Shown here one piece after another: positions 8,874 to 16,852 of a DNA stretch of 24,597 nt. How positions within the stretch are numbered: the first letter of the stretch is position 1; each line of letters begins with the position of its first letter. The DNA lies in the IMG/VR virus record IMGVR_UViG_3300003393_000055, positions 1-24,597 of that record; one strand, written 5' to 3'. Under the pieces are notes generated by a model, which was not told the origin of the DNA, ran no database searches, and was given only the letters and a program-made list of their open reading frames with translations. The stretch comes from a virus. Lineage: Duplodnaviria > Caudoviricetes. Made by a program: the position numbers and the translations under genes.

Positions 8874-9173
8874 TTATTGGCTAAAGTGAGTAGCCAATAA
8901 CGCACCAACCACCCGGGTGACACGAGTCTTAATAAGATCACTATCCATCATAACTTCAAAATCAACAATACGGTCTAAGTATTGTTCTATTTTCTTACTT
9001 ACTAAAAGTTCATTGCTGCTTTTAATATCAGATAGATCTTCTTTTTTGAAAACTACTTCAGTGCCGTCATTGAGATACACTTTGATCCAGTCAATGTACT
9101 CAACTGGAACTTCTTCAACATGTATCTCACGTAGCATCTCTTCAAAACTACGATCCTTTTTGCGGATGCTCAT
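8874..9173 (-). CDS. Hypothetical acidic phage protein
   Basis: ORF with GGAG SD ahead of ATG 9173, preferred over TTG 9185. Confidence 0.7.
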   Translation of the reverse strand: MSIRKKDRSFEEMLREIHVEEVPVEYIDWIKVYLNDGTEVVFKKEDLSDIKSSNELLVSKKIEQYLDRIVDFEVMMDSDLIKTRVTRVVGALLATHFSQ

Positions 9174-9216
9174 TTGCTGCTCCAAAATAATTTAATACGG
9201 TCAAACAATTTTGGCT

Positions 9217-9846
9217 TTAAACTGCTTGTGCTTTTGCTGGTCGTCCTCGGCCCCGTTTCACTTCTGACGTTGGCAATGCTAGATTCGGATTTACGTGGGC
9301 GACCGCGACCGCGCCTTTTGGGTCAAGTTTTTCTGCCTCCTCACGTAGTCTACGAGCTTCAGTTTCAAATTGATTTGCTTGTACACGATACTTGCTGGCA
9401 AGTATGTCGTCACTGATAACTCCTGGGGGATTATTAGCAGGGGCTGTAGTTGCTATATCGCTTGAGCGTGTACCAGCTGCGGTTTGTGCATTGGTAATTT
9501 GTTTCAACTCTCGATTTAGATCAACCAAGTTAATGGTTACACCTGGCTTTGGTGTCATTGCCACTGACTTAGTTGGTACTTTTACCATCCAGCCTTTTTG
9601 ATGCAATGTGTTAAGCATGTTTGTGCCGTCATTGAAAACTTGGCGGAACAAGTAATCACTTGTGTCCATTAGGTCTTGACAATTAGGATGCTGAATTGCT
9701 GCAATTAGATCATCATGATATAGCTGCGGCAATGATTCTGTGGGAATGATCAATGCTGAATCAGAGTCACCAGGCAGTTCACGAAATACCACAACGCATT
9801 TCTTCCCTTGTCCGTTGACTCCAACATGTTTAATGAATTGTGCCAT
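9217..9846 (-). CDS. Hypothetical phage protein with C-terminal coiled coil and AT-hook-like motif
   Basis: 209 aa, AAGGAG SD, KRGRGRPAK near the C-terminus. Confidence 0.8.
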   Translation of the reverse strand: MAQFIKHVGVNGQGKKCVVVFRELPGDSDSALIIPTESLPQLYHDDLIAAIQHPNCQDLMDTSDYLFRQVFNDGTNMLNTLHQKGWMVKVPTKSVAMTPKPGVTINLVDLNRELKQITNAQTAAGTRSSDIATTAPANNPPGVISDDILASKYRVQANQFETEARRLREEAEKLDPKGAVAVAHVNPNLALPTSEVKRGRGRPAKAQAV

Positions 9847-9863
9847 GTGGTATCTCCTTAAAT

Positions 9864-10097
9864 TTACTCTGCTGCCGCGTCTGCGGTAACTTCTGCACCT
9901 TCAGTTGGTACAGGTTCGTTGGCTTTTAGAAAGCTGGCCAACTTGTTATAAGTTGCACCAATAATTTCCATTTCGCCTGCACGGTATCCACCGCGCTGTG
10001 ATGCTAACTCAATTGCACCAGCAAGAATCTTCATATCTTGTAGTGTTAAGCCAATTGGTTGTTGGGCTTGTTCTTGAGCTTGTTCTTGTTGTTCCAT
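9864..10097 (-). CDS. Small hypothetical phage protein
   Basis: 77 aa with AGGAG SD and a TATAAGTA motif about 40 nt upstream (10138-10145). Confidence 0.75.
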   Translation of the reverse strand: MEQQEQAQEQAQQPIGLTLQDMKILAGAIELASQRGGYRAGEMEIIGATYNKLASFLKANEPVPTEGAEVTADAAAE

Positions 10098-10182
10098 TAA
10101 AATCTCCTAGGTTAAAAAGATGGAAGTCTTCCGCAAATACTTATAGCACAAAATGCCCGGGTGTGTAGCCAAAAGTACGTGC

Positions 10183-11061
10183 TTATACAGGAACGATTCG
10201 TATAGTCTTACGGTCTTGTTCATGCCGGCATTGATTTACAGTGCATGGGAAAGGTGTGTTGGGTGGTTGCCATGCTGGGTCAAACGCATTGAAGTGTTCG
10301 TTCCTGCCACCACATTGGCTGTATGATACAAAGCCCTTGGGGCCAATATGTAACCAATCAACACCAGCGTAACAAGGCATACCAGTGTATACTGGGTCTG
10401 TGTTGTTTGCAATGCTTAGGTCTATGTATCTTGGATCGGGTGTATTTGGGTCAAGTACAACAGTCTTAGGCACGTGATCATCTGGACGTCCAAATATTCT
10501 GTTAGCGTCAACGGTGCTGTATCCTCGATGTAATTCACCATCAGTATCGTGTAACACTTGTTCTTTGCAGGTGTATCCGCGATCTACAAATTGCTTTGCT
10601 TTTTCTCTTGATTCTGTAATGCTGCCTGGTACTAACGGCACCACGACAGATACACTTACGTTTTTCTCTGCACATTGTTCAAGAATAAAGTCAAAAACAT
10701 CATCATTTTGCCACGAATGATATGTAAGTTCAACACTATCAATGAGATTTATAACACTATACAAAGCAAACCAAGTATCGTCGCCACTGGTGTCTAATCT
10801 AATAGTACAAGGCTTTTCTTTCATCTTCTTTAACAGTGTACTAAGATGAGGAAAGTGTAGCGGTTCACCCCCGCCGATCTTCCAATATATTTTATCGTGA
10901 TGGCTATACCTTGTGTCTTGTAACTTTTCTATAATAGACAAGTACTGCTCAACTGGCCGATCCAATGCGCCATTTTTCCATTGTGATTGGCAATACGAAC
11001 ATTGGAATTTACAATGTGCATTCAGCATCCAGGTAACTTCAGCGTGTTCTAAGTTGATCAT
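10183..11061 (-). CDS. Radical SAM protein with C-terminal Cys-rich (twitch/SPASM-like) region
   Basis: CKFQCSYC (CxxxCxxC), GGGEPL, and C-terminal CYAG...C...C...C. Start reassigned to MINLEH 11061, after TAAATA and downstream of a terminator. Confidence 0.85.
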   Translation of the reverse strand: MINLEHAEVTWMLNAHCKFQCSYCQSQWKNGALDRPVEQYLSIIEKLQDTRYSHHDKIYWKIGGGEPLHFPHLSTLLKKMKEKPCTIRLDTSGDDTWFALYSVINLIDSVELTYHSWQNDDVFDFILEQCAEKNVSVSVVVPLVPGSITESREKAKQFVDRGYTCKEQVLHDTDGELHRGYSTVDANRIFGRPDDHVPKTVVLDPNTPDPRYIDLSIANNTDPVYTGMPCYAGVDWLHIGPKGFVSYSQCGGRNEHFNAFDPAWQPPNTPFPCTVNQCRHEQDRKTIRIVPV

Positions 11062-11066
11062 ACACT

Positions 11067-11072
11067 TATTTA
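11067..11072 (-). promoter_or_regulatory. TAAATA late-promoter-like motif
   Basis: TAAATA-agtgt-ATG directly ahead of the radical SAM gene; resembles the T4 late consensus TATAAATA. Confidence 0.55.
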
Positions 11073-11080
11073 ACACAGCC

Positions 11081-11107
11081 AAAAAAAAACGCACCCTAAG
11101 GTGCGTT
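11081..11107 (-). terminator. Rho-independent terminator
   Basis: Stem AACGCACC / GGTGCGTT with a 4-nt loop followed by a U-run on the minus strand, 18 nt after the stop of 11126..12337. Confidence 0.85.
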
Positions 11108-11125
11108 AAAAGGAGCCCAGCAAAA

Positions 11126-12337
11126 TCAATGTTTACTATTTGGTGGCACGTAGTTGGCAGTGATACCAAACGGTGCTGTGATAGTATTGCTACCATGCAC
11201 CACAAACAACGTGTCGCAATAGTCCGGGTCGCCCCAGCTACCAAACGGATATCCGTCTGTAAAGAATACTAGTTGATGCGGTTGAACTTCGTTCTCTTTC
11301 ATCCAATGCCATACACATTCAAAGCTGGTCCCGCCGCCACCTTTGATCACATACTCGCCCATGCTTCGACCGTCATCACCTGTAAAGGTATCTTCGTTGT
11401 AAACATCTGTGTCAAAGGTAACTACTCGCACCTTGTAACTTGTGAACTGATCCAAGCTACCTTGTACCATGCCCAAAAAGTCTGCTAACATACCTTCGTC
11501 AATGGAACCAGAAGCATCCAGTGCAACCACAATGTCAAGTTCCTCACCTGGCAATTGTCCCGGCATAACTGCGCCAGTATGCCAAGCCTTGCGGTTGGGT
11601 CGCATCCATGTGTAGTCACTCTTAACAGATCCGCTAAATTGAATGCGCAACAGATCCTTCAAGTCCATTACAGGGGCAGTGATGTCACGTACCAGACGTT
11701 CGATGTCACCGGGGCAGTTGCCAGCACCTGCGTTTTTTACGGCCTGGATAGTTGCTTCACGCCATTCGTCACGCAAAGCCTTCTTTTCTTCTTCACTCAG
11801 CTTCTTGAACTTGGGTCTACCTTTTCCGTCTTTGTCACCGTCTTTACCATCACCATCACTGTCGCCATCACCGTCGCCATCCATGTCCAAGTGCTCGTCA
11901 AACGGCATTTTAATAACTGTGGCATTCTTCATCAAGTCATCGTAAACTTCGTCAGCAGTTTTGCCTTCGTATTTGCGGTCTGCTAAAATTTCTACGGCAG
12001 TAATACGGGTGCCAACACTTTCGCGGATCAACATATTGTTGATAATAAAGTCGCCTGCCATGTTCCAAACTTGGGGCTCACGACTACCTCGACGTGTCAT
12101 GTGTTCAAAAATAATGTGTCCAAGTTCATGTGCAAAACCAAACACCAACTCGCCATCGCTTAACTTCTGAACAAAGGCAGCATTGTAATAGAACTTGCGG
12201 CCGTCTGTTGCAATAGTCTTGCACCATTCAACTTCTTCCAATTTTAGACGAGCCGCCAAAGGTCCCCAGAACGGATATTTGAGCAACATGCTAACACGGC
12301 TCTTAATTAAGCGATCTCTTGCGGGCATCTTTGACAT
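11126..12337 (-). CDS. Metallopeptidase (HExxH)-vWA domain protein (DUF2201-like)
   Basis: TIATDG, AHELGH, WNMAGDFIIN, acidic D/G linker, MIDAS DASGS, GGGTSF and FTDG. Confidence 0.88.
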   Translation of the reverse strand: MSKMPARDRLIKSRVSMLLKYPFWGPLAARLKLEEVEWCKTIATDGRKFYYNAAFVQKLSDGELVFGFAHELGHIIFEHMTRRGSREPQVWNMAGDFIINNMLIRESVGTRITAVEILADRKYEGKTADEVYDDLMKNATVIKMPFDEHLDMDGDGDGDSDGDGKDGDKDGKGRPKFKKLSEEEKKALRDEWREATIQAVKNAGAGNCPGDIERLVRDITAPVMDLKDLLRIQFSGSVKSDYTWMRPNRKAWHTGAVMPGQLPGEELDIVVALDASGSIDEGMLADFLGMVQGSLDQFTSYKVRVVTFDTDVYNEDTFTGDDGRSMGEYVIKGGGGTSFECVWHWMKENEVQPHQLVFFTDGYPFGSWGDPDYCDTLFVVHGSNTITAPFGITANYVPPNSKH

Positions 12338-12369
12338 TGTGTTTCCTAAATTTCTTACTGTATGTATCT

Positions 12370-12398
12370 ATTATACTGCGATTTGGACCGTTTGTCAA
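12370..12398 (-). promoter_or_regulatory. Consensus sigma70 promoter TTGACA-N17-TATAAT
   Basis: Exact consensus with an A-tract upstream; lies ahead of 11126..12337. Confidence 0.9.
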
Positions 12399-12718
12399 CC
12401 GTTTTTTGGGCTATTTTCTGTTGTTTTTTGACTACACATTAAGTCCCACAGCATAGCAACTTCTGGTTCTCTAAACCATATGTTCTTTTTTGGAATAAAG
12501 TCCCAATCCATGCGCTTAAGACCTTGTTCGCGAGCCCACTTGGTAATTTCGTTGATTGAAGTAGCACGATCAAGAATTCGAACGGACCAGCCTTTCCTTT
12601 GTTCACGAAGCCATTCGCTAACATCAGATGGGGTAGGGGGCTGGTCCGTCCAAACTGTTTTATAGTCCGGACCGTATAGCATTTCTGCTATTTCAACAGT
12701 CCGGGGTCTATCACTCAT
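12395..12718 (-). CDS. Hypothetical Trp-rich phage protein
   Basis: 107-aa ORF overlapping the AAA gene stop by 8 nt. Confidence 0.7.
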   Translation of the reverse strand: MSDRPRTVEIAEMLYGPDYKTVWTDQPPTPSDVSEWLREQRKGWSVRILDRATSINEITKWAREQGLKRMDWDFIPKKNIWFREPEVAMLWDLMCSQKTTENSPKNG

Positions 12719-13808
12719 CTGTAAGCAGATTAGCGTAACGCTTGAAGAACTCTGGGAAGTTAGTCATTTTCTTACGATCAAAAACTACCTTGTAAGACTT
12801 CAACACTGTATGAGCACCCATGATAACCATTTCTGGTTCAAAGTTCGCCATCATAAAGCCAAGCCAGTTGTCGGCGTTCTTGTTGAACTCGTCCAACTTA
12901 CCTGCTCGCTTGCCTGCTTCGTAACGTGTACGAAGTTCGTAGCTCAAGCTGGTAACCAGAGCGTAGGCAGCAGATACTTCCTTGCTTTTGAAGGTGGTAA
13001 CTTTGCCGCTCAACACATCTGCAGGATCTGGCAAGTCTGCGGCATGCTTGCGGTGTGCCATGAACTTAATTGCCATACCTTCACCAACCAAGCCCGACAC
13101 CATGTCTGTGTTAGCACTGTCTGGCATGTCGTCATCAATCATGTCGCTAACAAAGCTCCAGGTACGTGGAGTACTGAAAGCGCGATCGTGTTGCGTAGGA
13201 TCAAAGTTGTACAAGTCACCTTTGAACTGCTTCAAGAAGCCAACCACGTGTGGATGGATCTCGTTCATGATAGCCCACTGTTCCCAATCTTCAAAGTCCA
13301 CACGGATTTCCAAGTGCATGAAGCGGTTAGCCAGTGGGCTTGGCATACGGTACGTAACACCTTTATCGCCCATTCGGTTACCGGCAGCAATCATAATCAC
13401 ATTGTCGGGCAATTTATACTGTCCAACTTTGCGGTTCAGAATCAACTGGTAAGCCGCTGCCTGCACAGCAGGAGGAGCACTGTTCAATTCGTCCAAGAAC
13501 AAGAACACCACATCGTGTTGTTTGGCAAATTCTTCAGTTGGCAATTCGCTAGGAGTAGCCCACTTCATAGTATTGTCGCCGGCACTGTAATAAGGAACAC
13601 CCTTAATGTCAGTAGGATCCATCAAAGCCATACGCAAGTCTACGACTGCAGAGTTGGGCCATTCTGCGGCAACTTGGTTCACCATATCAGACTTACCTAC
13701 GCCGGGAGGACCCCAAACGAATACTGGACGGCGTTTTGCAACAGCGCGGCGCAGAATTGGTTTGCATTCGCTGATCTTAACTGTACGGGTTTCTACTTGA
13801 TTTGCCAT
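12711..13808 (-). CDS. MoxR-like/dynein-related AAA+ ATPase
   Basis: Walker A GPPGVGKS, Walker B LFLDELN, AAGNR, and arginine finger PLANRF. Confidence 0.92.
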   Translation of the reverse strand: MANQVETRTVKISECKPILRRAVAKRRPVFVWGPPGVGKSDMVNQVAAEWPNSAVVDLRMALMDPTDIKGVPYYSAGDNTMKWATPSELPTEEFAKQHDVVFLFLDELNSAPPAVQAAAYQLILNRKVGQYKLPDNVIMIAAGNRMGDKGVTYRMPSPLANRFMHLEIRVDFEDWEQWAIMNEIHPHVVGFLKQFKGDLYNFDPTQHDRAFSTPRTWSFVSDMIDDDMPDSANTDMVSGLVGEGMAIKFMAHRKHAADLPDPADVLSGKVTTFKSKEVSAAYALVTSLSYELRTRYEAGKRAGKLDEFNKNADNWLGFMMANFEPEMVIMGAHTVLKSYKVVFDRKKMTNFPEFFKRYANLLTDE

Positions 13809-13844
13809 AGCGTTTCCTACTTAGGATTTATTGAACATGTATGT

Positions 13845-13873
13845 ATTATAAGGCATTTAGTTGCACTTGTCAA
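13845..13873 (-). promoter_or_regulatory. Consensus sigma70 promoter TTGACA-N17-TATAAT
   Basis: Exact consensus upstream of the AAA ATPase gene. Confidence 0.9.
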
Positions 13874-13887
13874 CAACTAAATGCCTT
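13850..13887. repeat. 14-bp perfect inverted repeat with the -35 box in its 10-nt loop
   Basis: AAGGCATTTAGTTG (13850-13863) and CAACTAAATGCCTT (13874-13887). Confidence 0.85.
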
Positions 13888-13894
13888 GTTGTTT

Positions 13895-14257
13895 TTATGC
13901 TACAGCCTGTTCTTGTGCTGGCATAACTTGCGCGATGAATTCGCTTGCAAGGATTTCTTCTTTAGACATCGGACGGGGCAATGCCACGAACTTGACGTCA
14001 GTAAACTTGCCACGAATCAGCGTGCCGGTACGGCGCTTGTCGTTAGTGTAACGAATTGCACCGCGACCTTTGGGATCGACGCCATAGCCAACAAAGGTAA
14101 AAACCTTTTCAGCAGTAAGGGATTCAATAGCAGCTTCAATTACAGCCGGGGCAACAGCCGCTGGAGCAATAACTACCATTTCCATGACGCCTGCAATGCG
14201 AGCACGAGCGGCACGTTTACGGATAGCTTCGGGGGTTTGCGAAAGAACTTTAGACAT
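13895..14257 (-). CDS. Hypothetical early protein with basic, Ala-rich N-terminus
   Basis: Start at MSKVLSQ 14257 with GGAG SD, downstream of the promoter at 14320-14348. Confidence 0.75.
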   Translation of the reverse strand: MSKVLSQTPEAIRKRAARARIAGVMEMVVIAPAAVAPAVIEAAIESLTAEKVFTFVGYGVDPKGRGAIRYTNDKRRTGTLIRGKFTDVKFVALPRPMSKEEILASEFIAQVMPAQEQAVA

Positions 14258-14319
14258 ATAAAAACTCCAATTTGTGTGTTGAGTGTGTTTTGTTACAGGA
14301 CTATCCCGCAACAGTTTCA

Positions 14320-14348
14320 ATTATACTACTGATCCAGATCCTTGTCAA
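14320..14348 (-). promoter_or_regulatory. Consensus sigma70 promoter TTGACA-N17-TATAAT
   Basis: Exact consensus preceded by AAAAACAGG. Confidence 0.9.
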
Positions 14349-14490
14349 CCTGTTTTTGATTCTTTTCGCGTCTTTTGTAGACTTTTTTGCTTTCCACAAC
14401 TTTGGCCCGAAAAGGGCTGTCAGCATGGTACAGCTCAATAGCTCTACGCTTGGTACGCTCTAGCTTCAAAATGATTGTGTTCCGTTTCAT
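14326..14490 (-). CDS. Small basic protein, ArfA-like (54 aa)
   Basis: MKRNTIILKLERTKRRAIELYHADSPFRAKVVESKKVYKRREKN...; the start sits 9 nt after a TATAAT box. Resemblance to the ArfA core was judged by eye. Confidence 0.55.
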   Translation of the reverse strand: MKRNTIILKLERTKRRAIELYHADSPFRAKVVESKKVYKRREKNQKQVDKDLDQ

Positions 14491-14499
14491 AGTGTTACT

Positions 14500-14528
14500 A
14501 TTATATGGCTGTTTGAGCCAGAAGTCAA
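14500..14528 (-). promoter_or_regulatory. Sigma70 promoter TTGACT-N17-TATAAT
   Basis: Near-consensus, preceded by AAAAACAGG; the spacer holds a TGGCT-N5-AGCCA inverted repeat. Confidence 0.85.
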
Positions 14529-14577
14529 CCTGTTTTTGGCTCTTTTTTGTGAAAAAAGTGTTGTATTTTAGCAACTT

Positions 14578-15006
14578 TTAGCGGTTTGCTAGGTCTCTTG
14601 CGTGTCTTAGTACTTGACTCATGCGACCAAAGTTTATACTGGCTAATTCTAGCAGTAAATCCACTGGAGTGGTTGCAATACTGGCCATGCCAAATGCAAT
14701 TTCACCCATGTCTGCAAAGTATTTGGCAGTGGGCCAACGGGCTTGTTTCAGTTGCCAAGCATCAATTAGCAAGCATTCTTCACCTACACTTCGAAGGTCA
14801 ATGCGTTTGGTTAAGCCGGGTTTATTTTGTGCAGTAAGCAGTTTGATGGCAATTGGTTCATCCCATATATCAGTGCGTTCAAATGTCCGTGCTATAGTAT
14901 GAACTAAGAATGCTTCAACATCGGGCTGCAAATATGTTTTGCTAACACCTTGTGCTTCGGACACTAATTCCCATCCTGCTTGAACATATGGTTGCCAATT
15001 CTGCAT
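14578..15006 (-). CDS. Hypothetical phage protein
   Basis: Start reassigned to MQNWQ 15006, which follows ATAAATA-tttgt. Confidence 0.72.
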   Translation of the reverse strand: MQNWQPYVQAGWELVSEAQGVSKTYLQPDVEAFLVHTIARTFERTDIWDEPIAIKLLTAQNKPGLTKRIDLRSVGEECLLIDAWQLKQARWPTAKYFADMGEIAFGMASIATTPVDLLLELASINFGRMSQVLRHARDLANR

Positions 15007-15022
15007 ACAAATATTTATGCAG
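15001..15022 (-). promoter_or_regulatory. Hairpin CTGCATA-N8-TATGCAG joining an ATAAATA motif and the ATG
   Basis: Perfect 7-bp inverted repeat with the start codon in the 3' arm. Confidence 0.6.
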
Positions 15023-15086
15023 TTTGGAGAAGTTACCGGATTCTCCGGGAATTTTGTAAATACAAGTAACAACATAGGAGGCTAAT

Positions 15087-15794
15087 ATGCCACAAGTAAC
15101 AATCAATATACCAGATGCACCAGAAGGTCCACAAGGAAAACAAGGCCCTAACGGTCAGACTGGACCAGTAGGCCCCAAAGGCGAAACAGGACCACAAGGC
15201 GTACAAGGAGTAAAAGGTATCCAAGGTATTATCGGACCTAAAGGCGAAATTGGTCCACAAGGCGTGTCAGGTGCGGCCGCTACAGCTGGCCCAGCATTTG
15301 TTGCAAATCAAACCATTGGCCAGTATTTAACTACCCCATCATCACCAGTGCTCGCAATTGGATATTTAAATTTAGTGTTCAACAATGCTGTTAAAAACAC
15401 AGGAGGATACAATAATCAATCCGGAGTGTTCACGACACCTAAGGCTGGATATTATCAAGTTTCAGCAGGAGCAATAGTATTGCCAGCCTCCTTGTCTGTT
15501 TTACAAAATTATTATGGAGCTGCCGCAATTATATTATTTCAAAATTCAACTCAAATTTCAGCTGGACCTTTTATCGACCTTAAAGGTGTGATAGTTAACG
15601 GTCAAGCCGCTGGTGTAATTTCAACTTCGAGCCTGAGTACGCTGGTTTATTTAAATGCAGGTGATACAATACAGGTTAAATTAGGATATAATACTAATGC
15701 TCCTGCAAACTCATGGAACACTATGCCGATTCCAAATAGTGGTTGGACGCAAAACGTTAAGAACTACTTTAGTGCAGTCTGGATTAGGGGGTAA
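15087..15794 (+). CDS. Collagen triple-helix repeat + C1q-like domain protein (probable virion fibre/decoration)
   Basis: 16 consecutive Gly-X-Y triplets (about 15126-15269), then C1q-like [20 protein letters not shown] and [19 protein letters not shown] and TAAATA upstream. Confidence 0.85.
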   Translation: MPQVTINIPDAPEGPQGKQGPNGQTGPVGPKGETGPQGVQGVKGIQGIIGPKGEIGPQGVSGAAATAGPAFVANQTIGQYLTTPSSPVLAIGYLNLVFNNAVKNTGGYNNQSGVFTTPKAGYYQVSAGAIVLPASLSVLQNYYGAAAIILFQNSTQISAGPFIDLKGVIVNGQAAGVISTSSLSTLVYLNAGDTIQVKLGYNTNAPANSWNTMPIPNSGWTQNVKNYFSAVWIRG

Positions 15795-15797
15795 TCT

Positions 15798-16181
15798 CTA
15801 ACCTTTTCCTTGCGCACGTCTGCTTAGTCCGTCTAGCCACAAAATGATATCATCGTTGACTAGGCGGATTTCCATTGCATCCTGTTCACCAAAGATTCTG
15901 AAGTAACCAGCACCGTGATAGTAAGGCCAATCGAGATGTTGCTCTAGTCCTATTAAGTGCCCAGGCTTGGGGCTCCATCCAGGTTTACATTGGTACGACC
16001 AATACCTAAAATGTGGCCTCATTAATTCCCAACCAAATGTGGTCAAGCGTAGACCTTTTTGCTTGCCCGGTTGGTAGTTTTTAAAAACAGTGTACTCTGT
16101 TATCTTGGTATTTTCCCAAATGTGAGGTAAGGGATACTGAGCCAGATACTCAGTTATCTTTGTAGCTAGTTCCTGACTCAT
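15798..16181 (-). CDS. Hypothetical phage protein
   Basis: 127-aa ORF (GLRLTTFGW motif) overlapping the upstream gene. Confidence 0.75.
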   Translation of the reverse strand: MSQELATKITEYLAQYPLPHIWENTKITEYTVFKNYQPGKQKGLRLTTFGWELMRPHFRYWSYQCKPGWSPKPGHLIGLEQHLDWPYYHGAGYFRIFGEQDAMEIRLVNDDIILWLDGLSRRAQGKG

Positions 16182-16461
16182 TGATTTTGCGACCTTGTTT
16201 TAACTCAACAACACTAAAGTCATTGACCTTGAACAACTTGTTCATTTTGTCGGCTAAGTTAAATGCATGTCCCGGATTAGAGAAACTCACCTTTTTATAT
16301 TTTGGTCCCGGATAGCTGATTAAGCTATTCAGTGTGCGAAGATTGATTGGCTTATCTTTGTAAAAGACAGCATATATTGCATCAGCCGCAAGTACTTCTT
16401 CGCTCTTGTAAGTTCTTGGGTTTGTATATGTTAACAGGATGTTGGGCTTTGGTCTACTCAT
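16150..16461 (-). CDS. Hypothetical basic phage protein
   Basis: Start MSRPKP at 16461, which follows ATAAATA-aaagt; GPKYKKVSFSNPGHA. Confidence 0.78.
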   Translation of the reverse strand: MSRPKPNILLTYTNPRTYKSEEVLAADAIYAVFYKDKPINLRTLNSLISYPGPKYKKVSFSNPGHAFNLADKMNKLFKVNDFSVVELKQGRKINESGTSYKDN

Positions 16462-16481
16462 ACTTTTATTTATCAAAAGTA
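16461..16481 (-). promoter_or_regulatory. Hairpin TACTTTT-GATAAAT-AAAAGTA(TG) with the late motif in the loop
   Basis: Perfect 7-bp inverted repeat, extendable by CTAC/GTAG around the ATG. Confidence 0.55.
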
Positions 16482-16498
16482 GGTAGTTAATGGCCCAG

Positions 16499-16852
16499 TT
16501 ACACAGTTACACCCGGAGAGATTGGTTTAAAGTTATCACCATGAATTATAATACAACTTGTATCGGGCGTAGCAACAGGTGTAGCTACCATGGTCCATGA
16601 ACGAGTGGTTGTGTTAACCCAAATTGTCATGATTACAACACCATCTATTTTACCGGTCCCAATAATCTGCTCACCTGCGCCCTGTAGCTCTTTTCCAAGA
16701 GCCAGCGTTTCACCGCATGTCCATTGGGATTCTAGCTTAAAGACTTCTGCATTAACCGGCCATGCAAAAAATGCAATGCAGAACGCTATTAGGGAAATGA
16801 TCCCTATTTTAATTGTAGCTGGCCGCCAGCCATTCAGTGTGTTGTTGAGCAT
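16499..16852 (-). CDS. Hypothetical exported/membrane-anchored protein
   Basis: Signal-peptide-like segment ending VNA-E and two Cys in the mature part; start uncertain. Confidence 0.65.
   Translation of the reverse strand: MLNNTLNGWRPATIKIGIISLIAFCIAFFAWPVNAEVFKLESQWTCGETLALGKELQGAGEQIIGTGKIDGVVIMTIWVNTTTRSWTMVATPVATPDTSCIIIHGDNFKPISPGVTV

Noticed and set aside
11062-11244. N-terminal extension of the radical SAM ORF given by the ORF track
   Set aside because: It overlaps the vWA gene and runs through a terminator; ATG 11061 after TAAATA is the better start.
11820-11890. CCATCA/CCGTCG-type short repeats
   Set aside because: Explained by the Asp-Gly low-complexity linker of the vWA protein; not a DNA repeat element.
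12810-13880. 356-aa plus-strand ORF antisense to the AAA ATPase
   Set aside because: Shadow ORF in register with a codon-biased gene; no motifs, SD or promoter.
14491-14574. Longer 82-aa version of the small basic ORF with a repeated KQVD
   Set aside because: KQVD is the translation of the shared promoter sequence AAACAGGTTGAC; the real start is more likely ATG 14490, downstream of the promoter.
15126-15269. 9-nt periodic repeats
   Set aside because: They encode collagen Gly-X-Y triplets; not CRISPR or DGR.
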